A model generated the notes under the pieces. That model saw only the letters and a program-made list of their open reading frames with translations, made no database searches and was not told the origin of the DNA. This document shows positions 11,301 through 23,135 of a DNA stretch of 64,000 nucleotides, in pieces. The stretch comes from Dimorphilus gyrociliatus (lineage: Eukaryota; Animalia; Annelida): assembly GCA_904063045.1 (NCBI GenBank), contig CAJFCJ010000003.1, forward strand, positions 620,001 to 684,000, read 5' to 3'. Position numbers and translations under genes: made by a program. Position 1 is the stretch's first letter, and each line of letters begins with the position of its first letter.

Positions 11301-13170
11301 GCTACGAACGCTTTTGTTTCTTGATCTTCGTTAACATAGGCAACTTTTGACGAAGTTAGAGTATCGATAGTAATCTCTGGCGGATTATCGTTAGCGTCTC
11401 GTACATTTACAATAACCCTAACAGGAGTGGAGCATTTTTTAGGCGTTCCTCTATCGCACGCCTTTACTGTGAAAAGATACCGGCTCTTTGTTTCATAATC
11501 CAATGGAAATCGTGAAAAGATTTCCCCAGTCTTCTCCTTTATCCTAAATTCATTATAAGATGCTAACCAATAAGTTACTTGTCCATTTCTCCCAGCATCT
11601 CTGTCTCTTGCAACTACATGACCAATTGGCGTGTTGATATGATTGTTTTCTAAAACACTACAATTCCCAGGGCGATTTTAAAATGTTATTTTAATCAGTA
11701 ATCATTATAATAAAATAGAAGAAACATTAAAGAAATAAGGAGGATAATGATAAAAAGAAGATAGGAGAGGGGAAAATTAATCAGATTAAATATTAGTAAT
11801 TTGGTTAAAAAGGGAGAAGGAAAGTAGGGAAGAATGAGTATGGAAAAAACTTGTTTTTAATCTTTTTTTAAGTATATAAAGAAAAGCAAATTTTAAAAAC
11901 GCCCCTTATGTTGTATGATGATCTTTGAAATTGAGGCTCATTATCGTTATCGTCCTTTATTATTAAAGTCAAGGGTAAGGAAGTCGACTTTGGAGGATTT
12001 CCTCCGTCAAAGGCTCTAAGTGTAAAGTGGTAGGAATTGATTAATTCTCTATCCAATCTTGAACTCAATACCAAATAAGGTTCGACGAATTGCGCTTTGC
12101 GGCGCGTATGAAAGGAGAATGTGGACGAATGTTTATTAATTAGTTTATAGCCTTTTATGGAAAATTGGCCGGAATCGATATCTGTGGCGATTGGTAGGAA
12201 GAATTTTGTAGAAATTTGCGAGTTTTCATTGATTTCTAGTTGAGTTTTAGCATTCTTAAAGCGATAAGAAACCGTTTTTTTTTTCTTTTCTCTAGATTCC
12301 TTTTTTTTTTAAAAAAAAATTGAATATAGAAAATAGAGGAAGAGAAAAAAAAATTGTATATTATCCATTTTACAAGAAGAGATTACAAGTTCAACAATAT
12401 TAAGAAAGTTGCATTATAGAATGCGGTAGGTTGAAAAAAAGCAGATTTATATTACAGAAAAGGCAACAAAAGAATGGTTAATGCTTTTCAAGAAGTAAAG
12501 AGCTTTAGGAGACGACCACGTTGTGAGAAATATGTCCCTGATTGGCTTACGTTGCGTCTAGTAAAATTCTTACATCTCAGTATACTAATATAATGATAAC
12601 TGATGCAAAACAGGATGATAGAGACAAAGTGGTAAACAGAGGAGGAAGGAAAGAGAAGGATGGTGAAAGGGTGAGAAAATGATGGACAGGTGTACATATA
12701 ATAGTATTCGAGAAGGAATATAAAGAAACGGGAGGAAATCTTACAAGTTTTATTCCTCTAACTTAATCAATATTATTGATAAAACGGTTAAGTATCACTT
12801 TAAAAATAGGAGCATTATCGTTACGATCCTTTATTAGTAAGGAGACCGGCAAGAGGCGGAAGTTAGAGCCGTCTAATACCGCTATGCCAAAGTTTAAGGG
12901 GCATTTCTTAAGCTGGGCGCAAATCGAATCCCTATCTATCCGGTTAATTGCCTCGAGTATGCCATTATTGATTCCAAAAAGTGAGGTAATATTGACTTTA
13001 GACGCGCTAGTCGTCACAATTCGAAACTTACTTGACGCCGGAACTCTTACATCCGCCGTCAAATTTGCCACAATTGTTCCGTTTGGTATTTCTTCGTAAA
13101 TACTATAGTCCAAACTTACGACGTAAGTTATAGTGCTGAGAATAACAAAACAAGTAAGAGAATGCAGCAT
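8381..13170 (-). CDS. Protocadherin with 7 cadherin repeats, signal peptide, TM helix and cytoplasmic tail (3' end uncertain)
   Basis: Exons 13170-12799, 12254-11905, 11657-11245, 10528-10164, 9897-9289, 9173-8823 and 8491-8381 join in frame. The protein has signal peptide MLHSLTCFVILSTITYVVS, repeated DRE/DYE/DFE, DxD and DxNDN(x)P calcium-binding motifs, and TM segment GIGSSILFAILIIICCVLI followed by RKRRRKKK. The intron 2 junction is non-canonical (see findings). Confidence 0.92.
9897..10170. repeat. Perfect 14-bp inverted repeat closing protocadherin intron 4
   Basis: TCTTAAAGTATGGG at 9897-9910 and CCCATACTTTAAGA at 10157-10170 are exact reverse complements. They span both splice junctions of the intron (10163-9898). 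Confidence 0.95.
10531..11240. repeat. 16-bp inverted repeat (15/16) closing protocadherin intron 3
   Basis: GTCGGAGAATTGGTTA at 10531-10546 pairs with TAACCAATTCTTCGAC at 11225-11240. The intron is 11244-10529. Confidence 0.93.
11659..11915. repeat. 15-bp inverted repeat (14/15) plus a 5-bp outer helix closing protocadherin intron 2
   Basis: GGGCGATTTTAAAAT at 11670-11684 pairs with ATTTTAAAAACGCCC at 11890-11904. After a 6x6 internal loop, TACAA (11659-11663) pairs with TTGTA (11911-11915). Confidence 0.9.
12256..12803. repeat. 23-bp imperfect inverted repeat (19/23) closing protocadherin intron 1
   Basis: TTAAAGCGATAAGAAACCGTTTT at 12256-12278 pairs with AAAACGGTTAAGTATCACTTTAA at 12781-12803. 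The intron is 12798-12255. Confidence 0.88.
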
Positions 13171-16100
13171 TTTTTCTTTTCCCGCGTTAGAAGTCTATGC
13201 GTCAAGCAGGCGTCTCCTTAACAAATCTTATTCTCCAAAGCCTTGCACGCAACCAAAGAAAAGGAGAAAAGGAAAAAGAATAGCTTTTAACAGTATCCAG
13301 AATAGACGCTCACTTTAGACGCCTCTGCGGGCGTCACTCGAAGCCGCTTTACTAATCTCGTCTACTTCGACCATCACTCAATCAAAACCGTTTTATGAGA
13401 GAAAATAACGGTTGTTTGCCAATAGACGATTAGAAGTTTTTCGGTTTGTATCGTTCGGCTAGGAAACACCCGATTCGTCTGAGGCATTCACAGTCACGTG
13501 ATCAGTGCGTCACCGTGTGTTAAATTCGGTTTGACGGGCGGAAAACTCAAAACCGGTGTCCATAGCTGCTTTTAAAAGAAAAAGTATTATTTTTTCACCA
13601 CTTTAGCTCAATGTCGGAATTCCGCTTGTTTCCACTTCCCTTAGCCTACTGTATATTTTATTCTTTTAACAATTCTGTTTTATACAATCTTAGCAGATTG
13701 ATTACCGTATGATGGCAGCACTGGGCAATGTTAGTCTTTATCCATTATTCCCTTCCAACTACTATATTATAAAATATATAATATAACAAGTTGCTGCAGC
13801 AAAAGTGATTCCCTTATCTCTAATCTAGCAATCTCAATTTTTTCTTCCTGGAAAACCGTTACCATATTTTAGTAAAAAAGAGAAAAAGGACGCGAGACGA
13901 GAGACGTTACTTCATCTTGTACTTAAATAAACGGAAATGAGAGCCAAATATAGTAAAGAGAAACAACTTTTTAATCATATTTAAAGAATCCTTTGGGATG
14001 CAAACAAAAGAAACGATTTCTACCTTATTAGTATTTACTTTAAACAACTACCCAGCTTCGCTATAATTGTCAAATTGCAAACCTTACTACAGTATATAAA
14101 AATAGAGTATCGCCATCTTACGGTAAACACAAAAAGTAATTTTCTCATTAAGCCCTTTGTCTCTCTTATCTATTATCATTTATATTCATACCAAATAAGA
14201 AGTTTTGTATTTATATGCATCATAGAACAAAAAGATACAATTAATAACCATAATTATTTATACATAGAGATTAAAAGATATTTACATAGCCTATCGCCTT
14301 CCTTTCCTTAAATAAAGATATAAGCGCTACAAGAGTTCTTAAGATAAGCCCCAATTTTTCCTTTATCTCTTATTTGCTTTGCATTGAACCCAAGCAATTA
14401 ACGACCAAAGTTAAGGCTAAGCAGCATTGGTTTTCGTCTCTACCGCCCTCTTTTTTAATAAACTATGGTAAATCGTTAGCAAAGAAGTTATTTCGACGAT
14501 AAACAATAATAATGTAGATATTAATATATGTATATGATGATAATTATGTTAATTAGATAGCATTTTTCTACTGGAAAAGAAGTAATAGAGGTTAATGAGA
14601 ATTGAAAGAGCGTAAGATATGCACTTAACTTATCTTGATCGGAATTCGCAATAGGAAAATTTATACAGTAGGTTATTTTTCATCGGGATTATACCGTTAG
14701 GGGAAAAGATTTCAATGTGGATGGAGAAATGAATTTGTCTAATTCCCTTTTTTATCTCTATTCTATTATTCAATTGAAACTATTAAACTAGAATAAAAAC
14801 TGTATATTCTCTCTTCATTCTCTCCTCTTGATTCTTTAAATTTCTTTTGAAATGTATAAGAAAACTTCTCGTCTAAATTGTTAATCTTAACGTTTTACCC
14901 TTTCATTTCATTGAAAACTTCTTAACACGAGTTTATTTGACTGTTTTTGTTCGCAATAAAGTGTTTATAAAGCATTTTAGACTTAAGGCAAACGAGATTT
15001 AAACTAAACAGAAAGTAAATAAAATTGAAGTGTTAAAGAAAAAAAAAAAAGAAGGTTAAAAAAAAATACAAACAAAAACCGTCTAATCAAATAATTTAAT
15101 AGATTGGACGTCAAACTATTTATATATATAGATATATAAAAACTATACAATAGTTCAAAGTTGTCGGCCGACTTAATCGATGGGCGTCAAATAGGATTAA
15201 AGAGAAAGGGATATGAAGAAAAATACTATTAGTGCCAGCAGATGTCGCCCTTCTGCGTCGGCGGTTAACAGATAAAAGGGATACAGGGGATGAGCAATCA
15301 ATGGCACGCAATCTTATTAATATTGACCATAAATGTAATGTACCACTAATTGAACACTTATCTAGTGCGAACCAGCAAATCACAAGAATTATGTAACATT
15401 AAAGAAATTTTTAAGACATCAATAGACTTTACCGCCTTAGACGTACCTTTAACATTCCGTGACATTACGTTATAAGAAAATTAAATTGGGGTTAAATTAA
15501 CACGAATTAACCACACGTGGAGCTTTTTATTAAAAATAAAATAGGGAATAAAATATAAAACATACCTTTCTCCGTCTTTCTTTTTCTATATCTTCTCCTC
15601 TCTCTCTCTCTTTCTCTCTCCTTTTTATTTAATTATTATTTTAAAGAGGGCGTTACTATTGCGTCATTTAATTCCCGTGCAAAGCACGAAAGGTGCATAT
15701 GTCTTTCCTCACGTCTTTTTTTTCTTCTTATAGAAAGTAGGCCTATCAGATAATAAAAGACTTTCTTTCATGAATATATGTATATATCATTGATATTATT
15801 AATATAAGCTCACTTAATCTTTTCAATGATCAAACATCAATCGTATCATGTCAATGTATAAAATTGATGTTATCTGCACGTATCAATTGTCTAACATCAA
15901 CAATTATTTACGTATCCATTCTCAAATCTTTTATTCATCCAATCTTAAACCAATAAACCCTAGATAACGGTTCAAAAATTAGGCCTATATCATTTCAAGT
16001 GAGAAAAAAAGGGTTGAAAGAATGATAGAATGAAAGAAATACAGAGATATTCATTATTTCTTGTTTTTATTTTGAGGTGGTACTATATTGGTTTTGTTTA

Positions 16101-17148
16101 ACGATTCGTATTCTATAGTTTTTTTAACCTTGAAATATTTATAAATATAACGTTAATTGTCATCCTCCGTCCTCTCCGTCTCCCCCTTCTCTCCCCTCTT
16201 TTCTTTGCCTTGTTTTTCGCGCCGTGCGTACGCAAGCAGCTGTTCTGACCTCTGGTCCTCTTTGTGCTTCAATTAGTCTCTTTTCAATCATCACTAATCA
16301 CTTTCTTACATTCTCTGACGTAACATTTACGTTTTTTTCTCTACGGTTCTTAAAAATTTTTAAGAAGGCAAAACATTCTATTAATAAAACATTAACTTTT
16401 CCAATTAAAACTTTTTTTTTTAAAGAAAAAACTTTCTTAATTATTAAACTTTTTTTAATGTAAGAAGATAAAGTTGTCTACTTCAGCACAAACATATATA
16501 TATATATATATACAGTATATACATATATATAATTGTTATATGTCCTATATTTAGCTCAATAGAATATATAATTATTTATTTAAATTGTTTTTGAAGGACA
16601 TTTTTTTGTGAATGAATTTCTGAATGGAAATATAACAACTTTCTATATATACAAGTACTTTATTAAGAATATAGACTACTTTGCTGAATGTACAAGCTGA
16701 GGAGACGGGGGAAAAAAAGGTGTTAAATTTGCAGTATTCCTACGAAAATCAAAGAAAGATACTACTCAATTTAATATGTGAGCCATTGAAAAAATAAGGT
16801 ATATCTATATAGACTATATTGACCTATTTAGTGATATAACTCTCAAAACTAACTTTTTCAAGTTCGACCTTCTAGATGCTTTAAGTATTAGGAACTTTAA
16901 TTAAAGGAATATATATATATACATATATATATATGTATAAATGTATATAATACATAACAATAAAACACCGCCTTCACCTTAGATTTTTTGACCAATAGAA
17001 AGTGGTATGACAATTATTCGACCAATCAGCGCCCGTTTCAATTCCGCCTAGCTACAGGTAACTGAAAATAACTTCTGAAAAGAACTCAAGCTCATCTAGT
17101 TCTCGCCACGCGAAGTGTGAACAATATTTAGGAAAGAATCCGCCAAAA

Positions 17149-20100
17149 ATGCTACGAACTGTCGAAGAAAAAAAGGAAAGGCGAGACGATGACGAAGAAT
17201 ATGGAAGAGCAATTGCTACAACTTCGTCCGCATCGTCTTGCTGCTATAATAATGCTCCTTACTGCCAATACGAAGAAGATACCAGATACTCGAATGTATA
17301 CGGACAATCTCAAAACTATTACGTTAACGTGCCCGAAGATTATCAGCAACGAGTCGTCAATCCACGGATCGTTCAACCGAACTTGCAATCATCCGTTTTC
17401 CTCTGTAATAGAGAATTATGGTTAAAGTTCCACCATCATACAACCGAAATGATCATTACCAAACAGGGCAGGTTTGTATCTTTTTTATCTACTCATTTTT
17501 TAATTTTGCTGTTCGTTCACTACCTTCGTTAAGTACTGTAGACTACATTTACCGCATATATATATCTTTTACGTTGAGTAACTACTCAATAGTTTTGGGG
17601 AAATATTTTTTTTAAGCCTTACCAATTCGGCTATGTAACAGAATAATATAAACGACAACTTTTTTCCCGCATTAAGCTCTCCATAATTCCTACAATGTAT
17701 GTAAAGTAGGATAAAAGTTTGTTTTCTCTTTTCTTTAATATGTAAGGAAGAAGATAAGTAATGATAAATTAGATGGAAAAAAAGATAGAAAGGTAGGAAA
17801 GAGCTGGAGAGGGAAAATAGAGAAACTTTTTAACAAATTACCCACGACTAGATGACTGAGTATATAACAGGCAGGCGTCATAATTGACGTCATAGAGATG
17901 ACTATCTGTGAGTGGCGAGTTGGAGGGGGTTTTCTCGTCAAAGTGCGATAAGGAAAAAAGTGAAAAGATAAGAACTGCATCTTACAAGTTAATTATTACG
18001 TTGCCTATATTGAACATTCAAGTTGGATAAAGAATGCCGTAAAGGCATTAGCAACTCGAATAGATGGTTTGAGTTCATTGTTATGTAAAGTTCCGGTATG
18101 TAGAAAAAAGAAAGATTAAGGTAACGATCTAACTCGGCCAAGTCAAATTATCACATTAGAGCGTTTATGGTGAAAAATGATGTCACAAAGATATTTATCA
18201 ACGACACGCTTATGACGGGACGGTTCGAATTGGAAGATAGTTACGTAACGAGCGCTTCTCTTTTCAAGTGCTCCCAAGCGCAGGTGTTAGCGTATATATT
18301 CAACAATCTCTTTTCAAAATGCACTCCGCAAGAATGACACAAGTCGACAAATGGTAGTTAAACAAAAAGAAAAAACAGTCCAAACACTAACGAGGCGGCA
18401 TTATACTTCACTTTAATCGTTATCTCCTTTCACAGACAACCGCTATTTTACGCACTCCGATATTCTTGTCAACATTATTTATTTGTTTATTGTCTCTCTT
18501 TTTTCGTTTTTCTTGTTTTTTTCCCCCTCTAATATATCTTTACTATATTCGACCTACAGGAGAATGTTTCCAACTCTACAATTTAGTCTAACTGGCTTAG
18601 ACGCTAATAAGTATTATAATGTTTTCGTCGAAATAGTCCTCGCTGATCCTCAACATTGGAAATTTCAAAGCGGTGAATGGAAACCTACTGGTCACGCTGA
18701 TCCACTTCCTAAAGGTTTGATCATTTAGTTTTGTCACTATTTGTCTTTTCCTCATTGTATTGTGAAGACACACGCGTTACAATAGAAATCAATGATCGTT
18801 TAGACTTTCTCCTTTCCTTTCTCCCTTACCGCCCCATGCTACTTTCAAAAAAGGCTAATTTAATCGTTCAAAAATGTCGTAGCGAAGTCTGTATAGGCGT
18901 AATTTTAAAAAAAATTAACATTTGTCCAATCGGACGGTAAAAGTTCGCGAAAAACAAGGTAATCAAGTGTAGCTGACCACGTGGGTTGCGGACGACCACC
19001 CGTGGTTGATCGGCTCGTGACAGCCGTGTTTTGTTCTATCAACTCTCCAACAAACATAATGATTTTTCTATCCAGTTTGATTTGACACTGGAACGAATTT
19101 TTTTCCATCCATCTTTCTTTTCATTTGTCTTTTTTTTTCCCTTATAATCATTTCATTCATTCGAATGTAGTAAAAATAAACAAAGTATTTAGGGTGACAA
19201 ATTTCTTCAATAGTTACATTTTCTATTTTTCACACTTGGAGAAAAAAAATATTCAATTAGCATTTTGTCCAAAAAAAGAATGAAAAGAAAAGGAAACTGG
19301 CCCAATGTCGAATTAATTAGGATTTTTTTTCTACTATTCTTATTTCTTTTCTTTTCGATACTTTTTTATTACTAAAAAAAGAAATGAATAGAGAAAAAGT
19401 AAAAGTTACATCATAATATTCTATTTATAAATCGAATAAAAATTTCGATTTTGTAAATGAAGGGAGAAAATGAGCGTTTAATAAGAGATATATATATATA
19501 CTGTATATATATTGGTGCAGTATGTAAATAGGAGCTCGTATATTCGTTTAAAAAGAATTGGAAGCTAGATAAAGTCATAGGTGATAATAGGTATGACATT
19601 ATCACTTCGAAACGACTTCCGCAACAGATAACAATAGAGTAACGCTAACGACGCCTTATTACGCTTCTTTTGACCATTGTGAAGAATAACTTGTAATAAG
19701 AAAAGTATTTCTATTCATTCTCTATATTTCTATATAGTAGAGAGGATGTACGTGAATGAGTGAGTGAAAAACGGAGGGAGGGAGGAAGGAAGATAGGGAA
19801 AGACGTTTTGTATTTTGTTTTAATATAGAAATAATACAGTTTTATGATAGTAATTAGTTATTAAATATTTCTCTTATACTTATAGATGGACGTGTATGTC
19901 TCCACCCTGATTCACCAAATACAGGAGCTCATTGGATGAAGCAGGATGTACTATTTTCAAAATTAAAATTAACGAATAATAAATCTTGTAAACAAGCTGG
20001 TTATGTAAGTTATACATATAATAATAACAATAATTATAATAATAATAATTTTCGTCTGTACCTACAGATTATCTTAAATTCTATGCACAAATATCAACCA

Positions 20101-20592
20101 AAACTTCACGTCCTTAACCTAGAGGCGGATCCAAATAGTGAGAGGACATTACAAAGTATAGCCTTTCCTGAAACTCAATTCATAGCTGTAACGGCTTATC
20201 AAAATACAGATGTATGTATTTTTTATAGACTTGTATTTGTAATATAGTCGCATTTATTAATATCATTATTACTTTTTTCTCCTTCTTAGATAACGGAATT
20301 GAAAGTTAACCACAATCCGTTCGCCAAAGGTTTCCGAGACAATTACGATAGAACACTTACACCTCCCAATGTTATGGAATCAAACTATTATTATCCTCCT
20401 GTACAAACACCGCCAAACTATTACGTTCCCAACTCAGTATACGACATGACTCCCCCTCATAATTCTAGTAGTAGTAGCAACGACGATATTCTTACACCGC
20501 CTATGACGAAAAGACGGAGGACGGCAGAAGATAATTACGTTGCCACAGCATATTGCGGACAATACGACTACAATCAAGGCTACTACCATTGA
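17149..20592 (+). CDS. EOMES: T-box transcription factor of the Eomes/Tbr1/Tbx21 subfamily, 347 aa
   Basis: Exons 17149-17471, 18560-18714, 19886-20004, 20068-20211 and 20290-20592 total 1044 nt. Subfamily-type motifs are [42 protein letters not shown] and [14 protein letters not shown]. Confidence 0.92.
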
Positions 20593-21023
20593 CTTATTGA
20601 CTCTATTTAATCATTAACCAAGGGAATAGTGACCAAAAGACATTCAACTTTGGACATAATCTAATGTTAAAGTATAGTTTGTTTTCTCTTTTTTTTTTTT
20701 CTTTTTAAGTCTCTGTCAATGTTAGTGCTTTAAAAATGAAAAGGGAGTATGTCAAATAAAGTTGAGAAACGTTTAAATTTAGCTGTATAGATATAAAAAT
20801 ATAAAAAACAAGTTGTTGTTTAGGTGAATAATTAATAACATCATGACTCATCATACATTATTTTTAAAACGAACAAGAAAACAGTCTCTCTCTCTAAAAT
20901 CATTGTTCAGCAGAAAATGTATTAATAAAAGAACGCGATATATATCTATATTTAAATAAATATTTATATATATAAATTGTAAATAAACGAATTTCTCTTG
21001 TATGTATAAAACTATTAACTAGT

Positions 21024-21038
21024 AGCGCCATCTACCGG
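21024..21038 (-). promoter_or_regulatory. CTCF-like motif between Eomes and the zinc-finger gene
   Basis: The reverse strand reads CCGGTAGATGGCGCT, matching the CCxxxAGRKGGCR core. Confidence 0.6.
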
Positions 21039-22564
21039 TAGACGCTATCCGTTACTTTTCGTAATAAAGATAATAAAATATCGGAAAGAAAAATCAATTA
21101 ACTTTTGAAGTAAAATTTTATTACAGTAAATAATTTTGTTTTATTAACAAAAAAAAAAAAAAAAAGAAGAAATAAGCAGATTTTTACACTAAGAATAAGG
21201 CTATTTCGTGCATCAATTTTTTTTTCTTTCTCTTTTTTTTTTTAATTCCCTGTATAGCACAAACTTTTTTGTCATAATTTATAAAAAAATAAAAACTATT
21301 CATTTATATATAAATATATAAACACATAAGTTTTAGACAAAAAGAAAAAACAATGTATAAAACTATACAAACACATATATATATATATAATATGTATTTG
21401 CTTAATTATTTATACAATATACAAAAAAAAAAGTGAAAGAAAAAGAAAGAAATTAAAACATTGTTTTGGGGGAAAGGGAAGGAAGAAGGGAAGGGAATAT
21501 AAAAAATAAAATTTTAATAAACTAAATCAACTACATGACGATTAAATGGCCTTTTTCTTTTTCTCCTCTAAATAAAGGATGAAAAAAAAAACAAACAAAA
21601 GAAGAAGAAAAAAAAAACCAAAAAATTCTACAATTTTAAAAAATGGCACGTATAATGCGTATACATGAGCACAATGTAGAAATGAAAACTTTGATTGCAT
21701 ATAATATTTTCGTATTAATAGAAATGGTTCACAAATTTAAAATAAAAAGATAAACAACAAAAGAAAAAAAAAACAATACAAAACAAAAACAAAAAAAAAC
21801 CTATAAACTAAAAAAAAGTTTTTCTTTCTTTTTGTTTTCTTTCTTTCTTTCTTTTGTTTTTTAACTTTTTGTTTTTGTTTTTTACATAATAAGGCACGTA
21901 TGAGCCGAATTTTTTTATACAAGTTTTTTTTTAGAGAAGCACGCAAAGAGAGAGTAAAAAATTTTAAAAAGTTAAACAAGATTTGAGATGAAAAAGACTT
22001 ATGGGTGAACTAACTTTTTACTATTTATACACTTTTTCCTCTCTATCTTTTTTCCTTTATATAAAATATTTAACAACAAAGTTTTGCTTTCATTTTTCGT
22101 TTTTTTTCTCCATTGAAATAATAAAATATAATCACAAGTCTCGTAATGTCATAGGTAGATTCATTTTATATCTATCTGGCCCACCCTAACCCGTACTCTT
22201 ACCCTCCTCCCCCCCTCCACCACATCTTTATTCTCGTCTACCCACGTGAACACAGGCGGTGAAATATATTAAAGAGTTAGGGGAAGAATTGAAAAAACGA
22301 AAAATAATCTATTTTTGGTGTAGAGCGAAAAACAAAAATATATTTCTTATCGTTAATTCTCTCCCCTCCCACCTCCGTTGTTTTGCCTTTGAATATTATG
22401 AAAGAATAGAAATTTGCCCATAATCCATCTTTTCTCGTTTTATCTTAAATAATATAAAAAAGAAAAGAAGGAAATAAAAACTATTGATCTTTTAAATTTT
22501 GATGAGAAAAAAAACCAAAAACAAAGAAGAAAGTAGTTTTAGTAGAGTATTTTCGCTTTTTCCC

Positions 22565-22606
<42 letters not shown>

Positions 22607-22900
22607 AACTATACATCACCTAGCACAGGTATCACAGTTCGTCCTCTGAATGGCTCAATAATGAAGAAAAACAGTTTATCCAATAGTTAGTCTTTTTGCA
22701 AAAAAAAGCATACGTTGTGCTTAGTTGTGTAAAATTTTTATAAAAAAGTAGACGGTAGATGCTATTAATATAATCTCAAGCGTTAGAAATAGAAAATAAA
22801 GGAGAGAAGTAATAACTTGGAACGTTAGCGAAAGACTATGTTGTTTGGGATTGGGTCTAAAAATTCTCACTCACTCTCTCTTTCACGCTTTTGTTATCTT

Positions 22901-23098
22901 TCAGGGGATCTCCACTTCGTGATACCTCTTCATATGATTTCTGAATTCACCTTTAGTGATAAATCCCTTATTGCAATGGGAACAATTATGCGGCCTTGTA
23001 TCATCATGTGTCCATTTATGGCGTCGAAGATGCGATTTTTCTTTGAACGATTTGTGGCAAATGTCGCATGTAAATGGCTTTTCCCCCGTGTGCGTTCT

Positions 23099-23135
<37 letters not shown>

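Noticed and set aside
21100-22100. Very long A/T homopolymer-rich block
   Set aside because: It is low-complexity sequence between two convergent 3' ends, with no periodic unit, terminal repeats or ORF.
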